Assembly: GCA_030141605.1 (NCBI GenBank)
Contig: JAQGDQ010000004.1
Coordinates: 1,364,001-1,428,000 of the forward strand
DNA from: Tubiluchus corallicola
Lineage: Eukaryota; Animalia; Priapulida
Direction: 5' to 3'
DNA length: 64,000 bases
Position numbers and translations under genes: made by a program. This document shows, piece by piece, positions 37,001-51,081 of the stretch. Position 1 is the first letter of the stretch; every line of letters begins with the position of its first letter. Below the pieces are notes generated by a model. That model worked only from the letters and a program-made list of their open reading frames with translations, searched no databases and was not told the DNA's origin.

Positions 37001-40000
37001 AATATTATTATGTTTAGGCCCTAACAATTATAAAAAGTCGCTTTTTTATTTGTTGCGCTAAAGAGAATATGCACGGTTTTATTCCTTGGAAAAAGATCTT
37101 AAAACTTGTCTTTTTATAGTTGCCTAATTTCTATAAGAATAGAAACGTACATGTACGCCAATACATTTATTTTTAATACAGCCATCTTTTCCCTTCATAT
37201 TTCAAATGAAGCTTTCACACTCACCATCTGATAAGCACCTCTACCATATAAGGGCTTCAGTGTCCAATTACTTGTACACTGTGTATGTATTGTATTATGA
37301 ATGCAGTACATTTTAAAATCAAAACTAGAGTGATTCTGCGGGAAAGTTTTTTTCTGATTAATGCAATTATATTTCGTTTTGGTGTAGTTAACTGCCCGCT
37401 ATTGGGTGTAAGGAACAGGCTAGTCATCAACAGAAACACGCTCATTGAAATTAGTAAGAAAAGCTAGGGCATTATATTGTAGATAAAAACAGCAGTTATA
37501 CGGTGGTACTCTACAGCTTATAACCCACAGAATTTGCATGTTTTGTTTGTTATTTTTTAAGTAAGAAATGGCGAAAATTCAGCTGGTGCAAAAAATCAAA
37601 ACCAAGTACGCTCGGTGCGTTGTTGTCACTAAGCCCTGGAGACAACCCGTACTTATTAACTCTTTAATCTAGATAGAGGGTATTGTAGACCTATAAATCA
37701 ATGCACATTTGCCATTTTGTTATTTGTATTAGGATTGAAAAAGATGTATTCGTCGAGATGCGAACGTATTGAGTGTTGACTTAACGGAAGCAAGGCTGAA
37801 AACGGTAGCTCTTGGGCCTTAAAGCAAACACTGAGTGAGTTTGGAGAGCATATTATGGAATAAGAACTTGCATTAGTGTAAGCATGAAACTGGCAGTTTT
37901 ACTGATGACAAAATTGAGCATAATTCTGGAAATGGTATTCCACCCCGGGGTCGCATGAAAAAAACAACTGCATTTAATCGAAATCAGCAATTTAGCTGTA
38001 ACAGCTACGTGATTTTATTTAGTGCACGAGGGAAACGATTGAAAGAATAGTTTACTCCCATTTTTTAGATTGTATATCAACATAAAACTCACCTTCTCTT
38101 AAGTAGATACAGGAGCTATTTTATAAAATTGTTTTATCAGTAATTGTTTTGTTTGTCTGAAGTGCCACTATATTTCAAAATTGAAATTGTACGTATGTCT
38201 TGTTTTTTCTTGTAGTGTATGTATCTTTGGCACTAGTAAATATGAATAAATGAATATAATTTCCTTCACACTGCCAATTAAAGAAGGTAATTTAGTTCAT
38301 GTATATTAACCAAGAATAGCTAACTATCTAGCCTATTAAATGTGATATAAATATTTGTCTTCTCAGAACTAATTTAGTTACAACTGAAATAAGAAAAAGA
38401 GGAAGATTTTATTTTTTGCTTTGGGAAGATTGAATGTCTTGTACATTGAAACAAAGCTTCTTGTTCAACGGCAAAATGCATGAAAAGAATACTGCTCCTG
38501 ACTTGCACATGCGCAATAATAGCAATTTACTATTAACTGATTGCAAGTTTTCTATAATAAATTTTATCTGTATAATTTTACCTTACCTGAGAATAAAGAA
38601 GTGATTACCTCTGTTCAGAATCATTAATGTAAAATTCACAATGTTAAAACTATCCTTCTAGTGTAAAACTGTAAGACTGCATTTTTTTCAATGCACTAGA
38701 AATCACTTAACCTTTCGTTAACAGTGATACAAAGACGCACCTGTTGGTTTCTATTGAAGTTGGACAGACCGAAGAAGCATTATATTGAATTATCTTTAGC
38801 ATGCATTCTAATGCTGAAATGCGCATGCGCTACCCTGTGTGTAAGTGAAGCCTAAAGCTCTCAACTGCCACCTACTTCATCTTTCTTGTCAACAGATAAT
38901 ACCACGACTTGCATAATAAGAATTGTATACGGTCTAAAACCAGCAATGTCATAACCGCCAGCCAATCACTAAATTACTGAGCTACAAGAATTGAGAAATA
39001 CACAAGGGAAGAAGTTTAAACTCCTAAACAACATGAATTTTAGTGTTCACATGCAAGTCTACAGACGGCTCGTGTGTGGCAAACGAATATAGCTAAGACT
39101 TTCAAATCAAATTGTCATCAACAGTGTACACGAGTTTTAGAACTTGAATGAAGGTTTATTGAAATAAAAAACATGGTTGAGAGTTTATTCCTGGAATGTG
39201 GAAAATAATTAAACCAGAAATCATTGGACTTTATGGAGGCTGACACATGAATTCGTGAGCAACGGTAATAATTTATGTAACCCATAATTATAATAACAAC
39301 AGTAACGGTAATAATGACAAAACAATGTTTTTTTTAATCAAAAAATCTCGCAGTGAAGAAATGTGAAAGATTCGGGTTAAAGGAAAAAGAATAAAAAACA
39401 AAGAAAGAAGTCCGTATATTCCAGCTTTTTGAATTTTGCAATTTACATTCAAAATAAAGCATGAGAATTCATTTCTTGCACTTTTTCTTTTTTCAACACA
39501 CGGTGTACTGAAACATGGTGCTTTTTTGTTTCTTTACAGCTGCATTTTTATTATTACTAGTTCCAGTTCTTGGCATTAAAAATTAGTTCTGCAATAATCG
39601 TGTCTTTTACTTGCACTACTAGTCGTGCAATAATCCTAGATAGATAGGAGCATAGAAAGTTATAATAGAACTATACATATTTTCCAAAAGGGCTTATTTT
39701 GCATATTTTGGACACTATATATACCTTTATATTAAAACAGTATATACATATCGCGAATTTTTTTAATTTGTGATAATGGGCGAAAACGGAAATCATTACA
39801 AAGTTTACAGTATTTTAACTAGTATTAGCAAATTATCATAAACTGCGTTTTTGTTCACGAGCTAGGAAATTCCGTAGCAAAGAAATCTCCAGTACAAGCA
39901 CTGCAGACCGAAATCCATTACCCAATGTAAAGGCAGTTAGTGGTGTCTTAGTCAGAGGTGTCTTAGCCACTTTCAGATGAAAATACAATCTCCCACGATA

Positions 40001-40253
40001 GTTGGAATCTGTGAGGCAAACGAAACAACCGAATTGAACATAGCTGAAGCCATCATTTACCGATTAGCCTCGGTGTTGTGTCACAAAACACAGACACCGT
40101 GACTTTGCTTTTGTTAACTTTTCAAATTACATACTTTAAGTTCGGATTACAAGAACTCGGCGAAAGTGTCTTATTCTATAGTTTTCGAGGATAGAACTTA
40201 TATTTGCATTGCATAGCTGCACATAACTACTGTAATCAAAGTTTCCAGAAATT

Positions 40254-40397
40254 GTTATATTCGCGATGTTCGATAGCATATCGAACATCGCGAATATAAC
40301 GATATAAAGATGATATATATAATGATATAACGATATAAAAGCCACATATGTTCGATAGCATATCGAACATATGTGGCTTTTATATCGTTATATCATT
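40254..40397. repeat. Two adjacent perfect inverted repeats (22-bp and 37-bp stems) with an identical apex
   Basis: 40254-40300 and 40321-40397, both centred on atgttcgata-gca-tatcgaacat. Confidence 0.92.
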
Positions 40398-41049
40398 TTC
40401 TCAAGAAATGAAATAGTATGCGAAAAAGTGTGACTTTGTGAAGCTATGCGTCAGTTACAAAGTAAGCCTACAACTACGATTATTTACACCGTGCTTTAGT
40501 TGGACTATAATTAGTGATTCCTATTTTGTGGCTGTGACAATATTTGACGCAAAAGAGCAAAACAATTTTTCCAATAGTGCTGTTACATTTGTGTTATAAA
40601 AAGTGCTTATGAGGCCTTCTCCTCATTCATAGATTGTCTGCCTTATAAAGACTACTCGTAGTCAATTACAATTTTCTGAAAAATCTATAGGCATCCTGTA
40701 CCAATGTCCTGGCTTCTCTTTTTCGTTAAACATATTTCTTACATGGACTCACTGCATGGCTGCCACCTGACTAATCATCGTTTTCTAATAGGATGAAATT
40801 TGTACAATTATTGTATAGATAGTCGTAATAATAAGATACTAATTTTATCACATAACTTTCTCATTCTGGTACTTGAAATAACAGTCACTTGCAGACAAGC
40901 ACTTCAGTAACATGCAAAAATGTTTCATTAAAAATGTCAGGCCATCCCGTGGCTGAAATATCGATGAGGTTCGTAATATCTGACTCATAACACTTGTATA
41001 GGTCTCGATTCCTCAGAACATGCCACCACTAATCACTGTAAACTAACTG

Positions 41050-41310
41050 CTACAGTCTAAGTATTGTGTTCCAATCCATCAAGTATCCCATCCAATAAGC
41101 TACATTAAACAAGGCGAAACCTGCGGGAAACAATATACGTGAGAGAATGTCTATGCGTTTGGGCCGGTCCTTGTATTTGGACAAGAAGGAAGGTTTGCAA
41201 CAAGAGTCTTCCAAATTGTCTTTTACTGATGGATCTATGTGCAGGTCTAAAGCTGTGAGATTTTTACCAGACTGTTGATGATGACTGTCACTGTTGCTGA
41301 ACAGAGGTTT
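41050..41310 (-). CDS. GluCl: GluCl last coding exon (end of M3-M4 loop, M4, stop)
   Basis: tttcag|KPLF...RPKRIDILSRILFPAGFALFNVAYWMGYL...RL-TAG. Confidence 0.92.
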   Translation of the reverse strand, partial: KPLFSNSDSHHQQSGKNLTALDLHIDPSVKDNLEDSCCKPSFLSKYKDRPKRIDILSRILFPAGFALFNVAYWMGYLMDWNTILRL

Positions 41311-43249
41311 CTGAAAAAGAAAAACACCAGTTAAGCCAGCAAGCCCATTGGTTACGATTTTAGATGCAACTCGTCCAACGCACGGTTTTTGCAAAAAAAG
41401 GTTTATAACCTTCTCGAATCACGTGTCTAACTTAAGCATAATAATTTTTCTTTGATGTTATACTGTAAGTTTGTGGAAGCTATAACCTGCTTGTTCAACA
41501 TTGAATCTTACGTTATAAGTGTTACAGTCTATAGAGAATTACAATCGAATGTCAATTAGATGCGCCAAACAGAGGCATGTGTGTGTAATGTATTTTAACC
41601 TTGCCTAGAAATTTTCGTACTCGGAACATGGCAATTCTAGACTTAATGGTGCGTACTCGCTCTTCAGTTAATTATTTACGCCATGAATTTCTACTAGGTG
41701 TCACAAGTGCCTGCATTGTATTTGCACAAACTGCTTGCCTCATATAGTAAGGAATATATCTACATGAGAAAACTCTCTAAGCGCTAATAAAATGGTATAG
41801 AATTTGTTTTCTTTAGTTCAAGGCATATATACTGATTACCTATTTGATTTCATAGAAATTTTAAAATGGATTAAAATTAGTTGTTCACGAGTTCATCTGT
41901 AAACTTAATTACAAGGACAGTAATAAATTCTAAAAGATAATAGAATCTAATAGATACTGACAAGACATACTGACAAGAAATACATTACAAAAAAGTATAC
42001 AGTAATGTTAATACTTTAACATTATTTATTTACATCTATGTTTAAATAACTATAATATATAATTGTTATGCTAGCTTTGTATATTATAATATACATATGT
42101 ATTAAGCATCGAGTTTTCTTAGTCATCTACTTGTAATTCATGCTAATTCGGAAAACACAGGCGGCTAGGGTCATGAAATTTGCAAGATAGACATCTAGGA
42201 CAAGTATACAAGTTGAACGATGACCTCAGTCAAAGGGTCGAAGACATAGCATCGTCACGGGGCAGCCTGATCTCTGGGCTCTCAACAATTAATGCTACCC
42301 GCCCGGCAATGATCAATGGTGCCCATGTGACGAAAAATGCATTCATTGTCCTCACTTAACCCCTATAGGGGCCTATAATCATAAGATTGTCTGCTCCACT
42401 AACAAGGTACTTGTTTTTTGTAAAACGATTAGAACATGTGAAAAGATGGCAAAAAGTCTCATGAGGCATTTCACAATTTTATTACGGTGACAAAAGCAGA
42501 CTACTAACTGTACAAAATGCGTTGTTAGGGTCGCATCAAAAATTACTAGAAATGCGTGTTGGACGAACCGGTAAAGAAATTCTAAGGATAAATCTCGATT
42601 ATGCTAAGATGGTTTTGGGAACGGTGCTAAGCAGCACGAATATGCTCTTTGTAAACAGGATTAGCTTTAAACCCGGGCTAAGTCCAAGTTTTTTATGATA
42701 TTTTTTATGTCCACTCAAAGCAGGTATATATATATACGAATAATAAGTAATAAATTTGTAATAAAAATATGTAAATAGTAATATTGTAGTAAATTTCTTT
42801 AATAACAAACTATCAGCTATTGACAATTTCAATTATGGTCAAAATTACGGACAGCTAATAACCATTAAAGGGCAATTATTCTACAGATCCCGGTGCATAA
42901 AAGTCCTACAGCTGACAAATATTGCTTGCTTACTTACTGACATTTGCCTATTATTATATGATTAGAGAGTCCCAGGGTATATCCCAGAAGATATTTTTCT
43001 TGGTAATAATAACGCGTGTAATTAAAGTTAATTAAGACTTTATGGCTAATGATGTTTGCATACCAGATCGTCCAAGCTTACATTAAGAATTAGTAGTGAA
43101 GAGTAATAAGAGGCAAGTTTAATTACCAGGCAACCAAAGCCAAATGGAAAGAATGATTGTTTATTATATTATATCCTAAGACAGTTTAAGTTTTCTTCCA
43201 AGCGATCACAGTTAGCAACTTGGCATCCATTGACTAAGCATGAGGAATG

Positions 43250-43635
<386 letters not shown>

Positions 43636-43702
43636 TAATTACGGCTTGTAGAACGAGTTACACACGTTTATAAAAGCAAACTTTTTTAAACGTAGTGCTC
43701 AC

Positions 43703-44058
43703 CATTTGAATTCCTCCTTCTTCTATTATTTCCGCAGAATGTTGTCTCCTGCGTACCAGCTCCACGTCTCTCCTATCTGTTTGTCTCTGCTTGGCATGCA
43801 TTGCAGCTAATTCTGGATGATAGTCATTGTCTAGAGCCCCGGTTGCGATACTTCGCTGTCTCGCTCGAATTTTGTTGCTGTGATACGGCGAAACCCTTCT
43901 AGCTGCATAATTTACTAAAGCAAACTCTAATAGGGCACTAAAGATGAAAGTTAAGCAAACACCAATCCACACATCAATGGCTTTTGTGTAGGACACAGGA
44001 GGCAGTTTAGAGTTAATGCCAGACGCTTGAGTTGCCATGGTAAGCAGTGTAGTAACAC
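43703..44058 (-). CDS. GluCl: GluCl exon (M2, M3, intracellular loop)
   Basis: gtttag|[54 protein letters not shown]...GGIQM|gtgagc. Confidence 0.96.
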
Positions 44059-44572
44059 CTAAACAAGGAAGGCAATGCTAGGAGATAGTAAGTTTCCTTT
44101 TAAGAAAGTAAATAAATATACATATAAAAGGCACATACATAGAGAAATCTTTTTACCTAGCTATTCTTATGAACTGCTATATACCCATTCGTGTATGTGG
44201 TATAATACGAATTGTAGAATACGAATACGTATAATACTCGGATTGAATGCGTAAGCAAGCCCTATTGTTCTTTATTGTGCGGAAACATATGACACCTAAT
44301 TAGTAATTAACAACGATCCTGACATTGCGACTCCTGAACGGGATTGCCCTGCTCAAATAGATGCTAAAACAGGTTAGCATCACGCCTGGTTACTCTTGAA
44401 CCTGAATATTCATTACGGCAGGTTTGCGCTAATAATTTTGCTCCGCGTTACTTTAAATGCTGCGAAACTGTCAAAGCACGTTAAATGGCTATCGATGTTT
44501 AACGAATCATTTGGAAGAAATACAAATAAAACACTTTCGATAATTTACAAGATGTAGACGCGGTGTATGTTT

Positions 44573-44905
44573 TAAGCCTATGATATGCCACAGTGTCCAG
44601 CATCAGCATCCAGCTCCTATTTTTTTGAACGTCTGGCATCCAGAGTCCGGCATCAGTTCCTCAATCAGCCATTGATGACCGAGCCAGCGAATTATTATAA
44701 GAATAAATAACATGAAAAAAGAAAACATTGAAAGGTAAATTTGATATCGTTCATTTTTTTATGCAAAGAATGTAAAGGTTAGATGCCAGATGCTTTGTAA
44801 CTTACTACCCAGTAAATACTAGACGCTGGACTATGGAAGCCAGGCAACGCCAGGCGCTGGACGCTGGAAGCTAGTGTCCTGACGATTTGGCATATCATAG
44901 GCTTA
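44573..44905. mobile_element. MITE with 18-bp perfect terminal inverted repeats
   Basis: taagcctatgatatgcca (44573-44590) / tggcatatcataggctta (44888-44905); subterminal ccagc/gctgg repeats. Confidence 0.8.
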
Positions 44906-45714
44906 GAGAGTAAACGACAAGGAAATCAAAAACTGTTTGTTCAAGTGGCTGGCTGACGGACAAAGAGAAATAGTGACAACAGTGTCGCACGAAATGGAAA
45001 AACATGAGACAAAGGTACTTGAAAGAAAAAAGTCTGAAGGAAAAAGTCCAAATATTTATAACAAGCCTCAAATAGGCCATTAGAGGATTCAATCTGTGTG
45101 GGATTCTTGAAAAATTCTAGACAAGAATCAGTACAAAACTCCGCAGTAAAGAAAAAGAAAAGACACGGCGTTTCAGTCAGGTGAATCTACAACTAATTAA
45201 GTGCATAATTCATACAATGGGTGTCTAAGTTGGTAATTACATGTAGTATGGATATCTATTACTAATAACGTTACTTGACTCTATGGTTTTTTCTGTAAAG
45301 TATTTTACTTCAACGGAACTACAATTACTGTTAGTATTAAATTGGTAGTACGTGTAGTTTCTATACAGTTAGCCACGGATCCAGTTATCACGAAAGTAGC
45401 GTCTATAAAGTACATATAGATGAAGTAAGGTCAAACTTGTCATTACCAAGACCGATCCTCTAAAATGAGACATTGAATTTAGCAAAAGAAATAGATAAAT
45501 GATGTGATATTGTAATCAAGAAGCTTGGTGAAGTAGCTGATTTGGGTTTGCTTTCGGCTTGACTGGAGTATAGATATATAAAAAGCCATTCGTAGTAAAG
45601 TTTAGATTATGTTAAAAAGCATAGATGGTTTCTAATGGGAGTACTTCGTCTTGTTGTAAAAATAAAAAAACTAAAAGTTAAGAAATAAGGCAAAATATCA
45701 AAATAAAGTTATAC

Positions 45715-45867
45715 CCAGCGAAACCCTTGCCGGAACAGCATCTTTATCTAACCAGAATGATACCCAGGAAACGATGACTAACATGTAACTTGGTATGTAG
45801 AGTTGTAGCAGGTAATAACTGAATTGCCTGGTCAACTGGAGCTTAACGAGCAAACAACTGTATGTTC
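45715..45867 (-). CDS. GluCl: GluCl exon (end of loop C, M1, start of M2)
   Basis: tttcag|GTYSCLLVKLQLTRQFSYYLLQLYIPSYMLVIVSWVSFWLDKDAVPARVSLG|gtataa; PAR anion-selectivity motif. Confidence 0.96.
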
Positions 45868-46555
45868 CTGAAAATCACAGTTATCAAATTCATTAGCAAC
45901 ATGTCTCTGACGTTAAACATAAGCAATTACCTATTTGCACAGCCTGGTAATGTTTTTTGTGGAAGCCACGCGTACAATTAGCGAGAGAGTGAAGAAGGTC
46001 CATGCTTGAGCAATATGGTCGACTAGAGAAGGTCAAATTATTGTACGCTAATATGAATCAAGGATGTGGTCATAATCACTATCTCTAAAGTAACGAACTG
46101 TTGACCAAACCGCAAATCAATGTAGTAAAATATGCTGATTAATTGCCTTCAACTGTAAACGTATTTAGTAAAAAAACAAAGGTCAGGGAATCAATTTATT
46201 CGACATTGTTAGATATGAAATGGTGTCGATACGAAAAGTTATGCAAATAAAAAACACACACAACGTTTATGGTAACTCGTACCTTGTGCGACATTAAACG
46301 TGGCGTACTTTTGTGAAAATTAAAATCTATAACAAACTACACTGTCAAAATTTTGTCTTTGATAACAAAAATGGGTGTTGAAAGATTTTTTCACTGATGC
46401 GAGAATGTTGACAGAGTGAAGACAGATGCTGAGCATCACCCAGGTAAAACTAATGGATTAATAGACACTGTTTCATTCGACCATAACATTAACTCAGAAC
46501 GATAACCGATTTCTTTACATAAGAAACTTGACACCGTCATATCAATTATGGTCAC

Positions 46556-46690
46556 CTGTATTGGTTTTGCTCTCACAATCCTCTGTAGTGATGGCGTCCA
46601 AGGTAAAACTTGGAAGTTCCAATGTTCCTCTAGTCTGTACCGGGTTTTCGTGTTTCCATGTAAATTTTATATCTTTGGTAGTGTAGCCAT
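46556..46690 (-). CDS. GluCl: GluCl exon (loops B, F and C)
   Basis: gtttag|YGYTTKDIKFTWKHENPVQ...LELPSFTL...CESKTNTG|gtgacc. Confidence 0.95.
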
Positions 46691-47034
46691 CTAAACAAAA
46701 TTTAACATAAATTTCTTTGTTATGCGTAATGTTATTATAAGGAAGCACTGAAGATATTAATTAGGTGATATAAACAATGGCATTAAGTAATTATCAGTCT
46801 CCCTGAATTGACTGAGGAAGCGTGAACTGTGGTATGATGATAATAAAGAAGTTTTTAAAGCATTGCATTGCTTTATCATTCTGCAAAATCTAAGCAATAC
46901 GAGCAAACAAATAAGTATGATTTAATTTGATTTAATTATTTTTATATTAGAAATCATAGATCATATCATACATACAAATAAAATTACAATATTTACAAAT
47001 AACAAATCAAACACGTTAAACACATCACAAATAC

Positions 47035-47117
<83 letters not shown>

Positions 47118-47137
47118 TATAATGATATAATGATATA
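47035..47137. repeat. (AAT)n microsatellite
   Basis: Directly visible. Confidence 0.95.
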
Positions 47138-47390
47138 AACCACTCAGGCTTAGTAACTGAATTTTTCACAAATAGCACACGTCTTCGCACGTTTATTATT
47201 ATAATATTATACATGACATAAAGAATCTCACTTATTGCTTTACAAAGCGAATTTTAGCTCCTACCAAATGTATGGACAAATTAAATACAACTTTCCCATA
47301 TATTACATAAAAGTAATTTTGGCCGCATACAACAGAAATACTTCTTGCAACGGGTCCTTATTACATAAGCATTAATTGTCATTAAACACA

Positions 47391-47681
47391 CTAATTTTTG
47401 TGGTCAAACCCAATTCTGTTATTAACGAAATGTGAGCAGTCTTTATGATCTAACAGAAGTAAGCTCAATAGAATCGATTTTGCTTCTTCCCAATTCTCCA
47501 TATCATAAAAATCATGAATGACCGTGAACAGGTCAGGAGACACACCTACATCTAGCTGATTCTGTACGAAATTAAGTCCGTTATGAATCAGAACAAATCT
47601 GCCTTCGATTTCGCTGGAATATATGCTACTATGAATGGACCCCTCGTTTTGAATTGCGTCATCCACCACTGGTGCCGCCAC
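47391..47681 (-). mobile_element. Probable LINE ORF1 N-terminal remnant in a GluCl intron
   Basis: NGLNFVQNQLDV...DL...IHDFYDMENWEEAKSILL resembles the N.LL.F.....D.....DFY..EEI..AK.LL pattern of CR1/L2-type ORF1 proteins (from recollection, not searched). Confidence 0.45.
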
Positions 47682-48942
47682 TTCTTGTGATTCGAGCCAT
47701 ATACCATTTGTTGCACATCATCAAATATCAACATTCTATTCTACTGCTAAGTTAGGATACATTTACGTCGACACAAAACGCAGGTTCTTGATGGAATTGT
47801 TAAACAATAGTCCAATCAGTTGCTCGTGACAACGCACGACTTGCAAATAGCTTGTTTGTCCAGGCAAAAAATGTCTCTTATACGTACGCTTCTAGTTAAT
47901 AATTTCATATCCACACAACTTAGACCCCGTGCAAACATACAATTTGTAACTGCACAACTTTTAGTTAGGCGATTGAAAATTGCAGCAATTTTGCTCGGCT
48001 ACCAAAATCACGCGCACAGCTATGCATTTTAATAATGCAATTGGCACTACGGAATTCGGATTCGCACGTTGTCAATTCACAAAAAGAAAAATACTTGCCG
48101 GAAATATTGGACTTATCCAATCACTAGCGGGTGATTTAACAGTTATTATCGCATGGGTTCAAGTAGCCTTGAACTTTTACACATTATTGGGGTGTACATT
48201 ACCTATCCGACATCGTGTGGAGAAAAACGTTACCTAGAGAAACGACTCTTATCTTTGGGCTTTCCTTACTGCTCTGGTGGGCATGTTTTTATAAAATAAT
48301 CATTTATCTATGGCAAAATTTAAAATCACTCGTGAGACATCTCTAATAAACTGGCATATGTACGTTACTTTAACAACAAAAACTGCATAAAAAGTGAATG
48401 GAATGACTTATGCAATTAAGAACCTCGAAATCCAAACGCTAAACAGTTCATATGGAAAGGTTACATATCGAACTATACTAATTTGTTACAATTTACAGTT
48501 CGTATAATTCTGAGCAACGCTTGAATGCATATAGACATGTTTTCTTTCTAAGGCAAGTGCGGTTACAAGCACAAGTGCCACACAGGGCACTGTAATATGG
48601 GCTTTCTCATTTAAAACAGTACATTACAAAACAGACATGCAACTAAAAGTTTGAGATGCAACTTTCCGCAATTCCGCAAGTCTCTCATAGACTATTGGCA
48701 ACGTTTAATTGCACAACTGAAAATTGCATGTCCCTGCACGCCTTACAGTTCTATAATTTTTCCAACCGATTTACTCTTGAGGTCATTTGCGGGAATGTGT
48801 AGGTTAAGTTTTCATACGTCAAATATCACTTTAAATGTATAAAACTGAGGCCAGTTGCTGGAGCCACAACCACGCGAAACACTTAAACAAAAGAACAGAC
48901 ATAGAGATAGGCCGATAGGAAGGGAGGCAAACAGAAGGACAG

Positions 48943-48983
<41 letters not shown>

Positions 48984-49190
48984 AACAATCAATCAAATAA
49001 AACGTAGCAAAATCTAATAAGACCTATAATGTACAATTCGATATAATGTACTAATACGTATTTATGTAGTTGGTATTGTTCTAAGAGGTTTTTGCAAATT
49101 TTATTATCAACAATTTCTTAATAACATTGAATTGAATTGAATTGAATTGAATTTACTGAATTTATATAGAAGAATATAAGGGCTACTCAC

Positions 49191-49273
49191 AACTGGCCAT
49201 TTCCAGCGTGCAGTTTTGTCTGTCCAGTGGATAATAGTGTAGCGCCATCTGGCAGGATAAAACTAGTGATAAC
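49191..49273 (-). CDS. GluCl: GluCl Cys-loop exon
   Basis: tgttag|LSLVLSCQMALHYYPLDRQNCTLEMAS|gtgagt; C-x13-C loop; 83 nt. Confidence 0.96.
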
Positions 49274-49724
49274 CTAACAATATAAATCATTGCATCAAGG
49301 AAGCTTTCATTATCAGAACTTGGCTTCAGCAACTCTCAGAGAGACGAGTATCTCATTATGTCCGTACAAGGTGACACTAACCTGAATGTTATATAGTGCC
49401 TGACGCTAAAATGTTATGCGATTTTAAAAGCTTTGACAATTAATCCACTTTGTCTCAAGAAACTTTACATTTTTAATGTCGTAGTGAAACGTGTTGCAGA
49501 GTTAAGTTGAATTAACGAAATACTAGCGTTAATAATACAACACACGTTCTAAGTGACACTTCGTGTCCTTTATTTTTGTATGTAACTATCGGAGCGTGGC
49601 CTAAAATGTCTCTGGTGCGGAACCTGATCAAGGTGTAATAATAAAATTAATCAGAGAAGAATGAAGTCGATCAGAATAAAAGCAATGTAAGCCTAACGAA
49701 CGCCTCTACATGAAAAATACACAC

Positions 49725-49942
49725 CGGACACTGTACAAAATCTTTCCATTTGGATAAAGCCATAGCAGAACGTTTGGCATGACAATGTCATGAAAATGGC
49801 CCTGCTTCTCGTTGGCGAAGAATAAATCTGGGCGCCAAATTTTCTTGGGATCAGGAAGGTTTATAAACTGGAAGTAGTTGGTATCATAGCGCAGTCTCTC
49901 GTCCACCCAAGATTCCCTAAATGTTATCTGGCAACTGTATTC
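49725..49942 (-). CDS. GluCl: GluCl exon (loops D, A and E)
   Basis: ttttag|EYSCQITFRESWVDERL...IWRPDLFFANEKQGHFHDIVMPNVLLWLYPNGKILYSVR|gtgtgt. Confidence 0.96.
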
Positions 49943-50009
49943 CTAAAACAAGTAGTAAAATGGAGTTAACGTACATTGGTTAGTTAGATAGATGAGGGAG
50001 ACAGGGTGT

Positions 50010-50302
<293 letters not shown>

Positions 50303-51081
50303 TTAAAATTTTTTATTAGCCTCTATTTGCAGGCATATAGCATTTACATATTATATACAAAGTTAATAAGCATCTAAAAGGATAATACCGTAAAAACTAT
50401 TCAATACAAAATATCAGATATAAAATATCATAAAAGCATGCAGTTTAAAATGAGCACTTACAGGTATTTACAAGATACGTAGCCACAAGGCATTTTGTTC
50501 CATATACACACTGCAGTAAAATCACTTAAAATATAGAGACGACATCACATTGGTACAATAAGTACCGGTACTAAGACTTTATTATGTAAACAATTTGCGG
50601 AGTCTCATCAGCAAGTCTGTTTTCATTAAACTAAAGTATATCTAGCCTAACTTTATCTACAATTATAATGTACCTAACATTTTCAAAAGAAAGAACAAAT
50701 GTAGCCTCATTTCGCCTGCGGATTGCAACATTATTGCAATTGTGATTAATTACTTAAACAGCAATGTACTTCCTTCTTTCGTTAACTTAGCTATATAACA
50801 TTAATGATTATTTTATAACCAAAAAACCAACCAAAACCAAAATTTTATGAAATCACCACCTATCATTTTTATAAACAACTATAAAATGTGACTATCACCT
50901 TCTTTTCTAATAATTTCTAAGATGTTAACTAAATTAGAATATTGCAGAGAATTATAATAATTTATTTCTTTACGTTGGCATAATGGAACAGTAAATGATT
51001 TAAAGGCTGGGGTTACCTACATCAGCATGTGGCATCAGTAACTAATCCCAAACGGAATAAAATAGCAACTAATCCCAGACG

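Noticed and set aside
41311-41394. N-terminal extension of the last GluCl ORF
   Set aside because: Intronic; a strong acceptor at 41310 gives the correct phase
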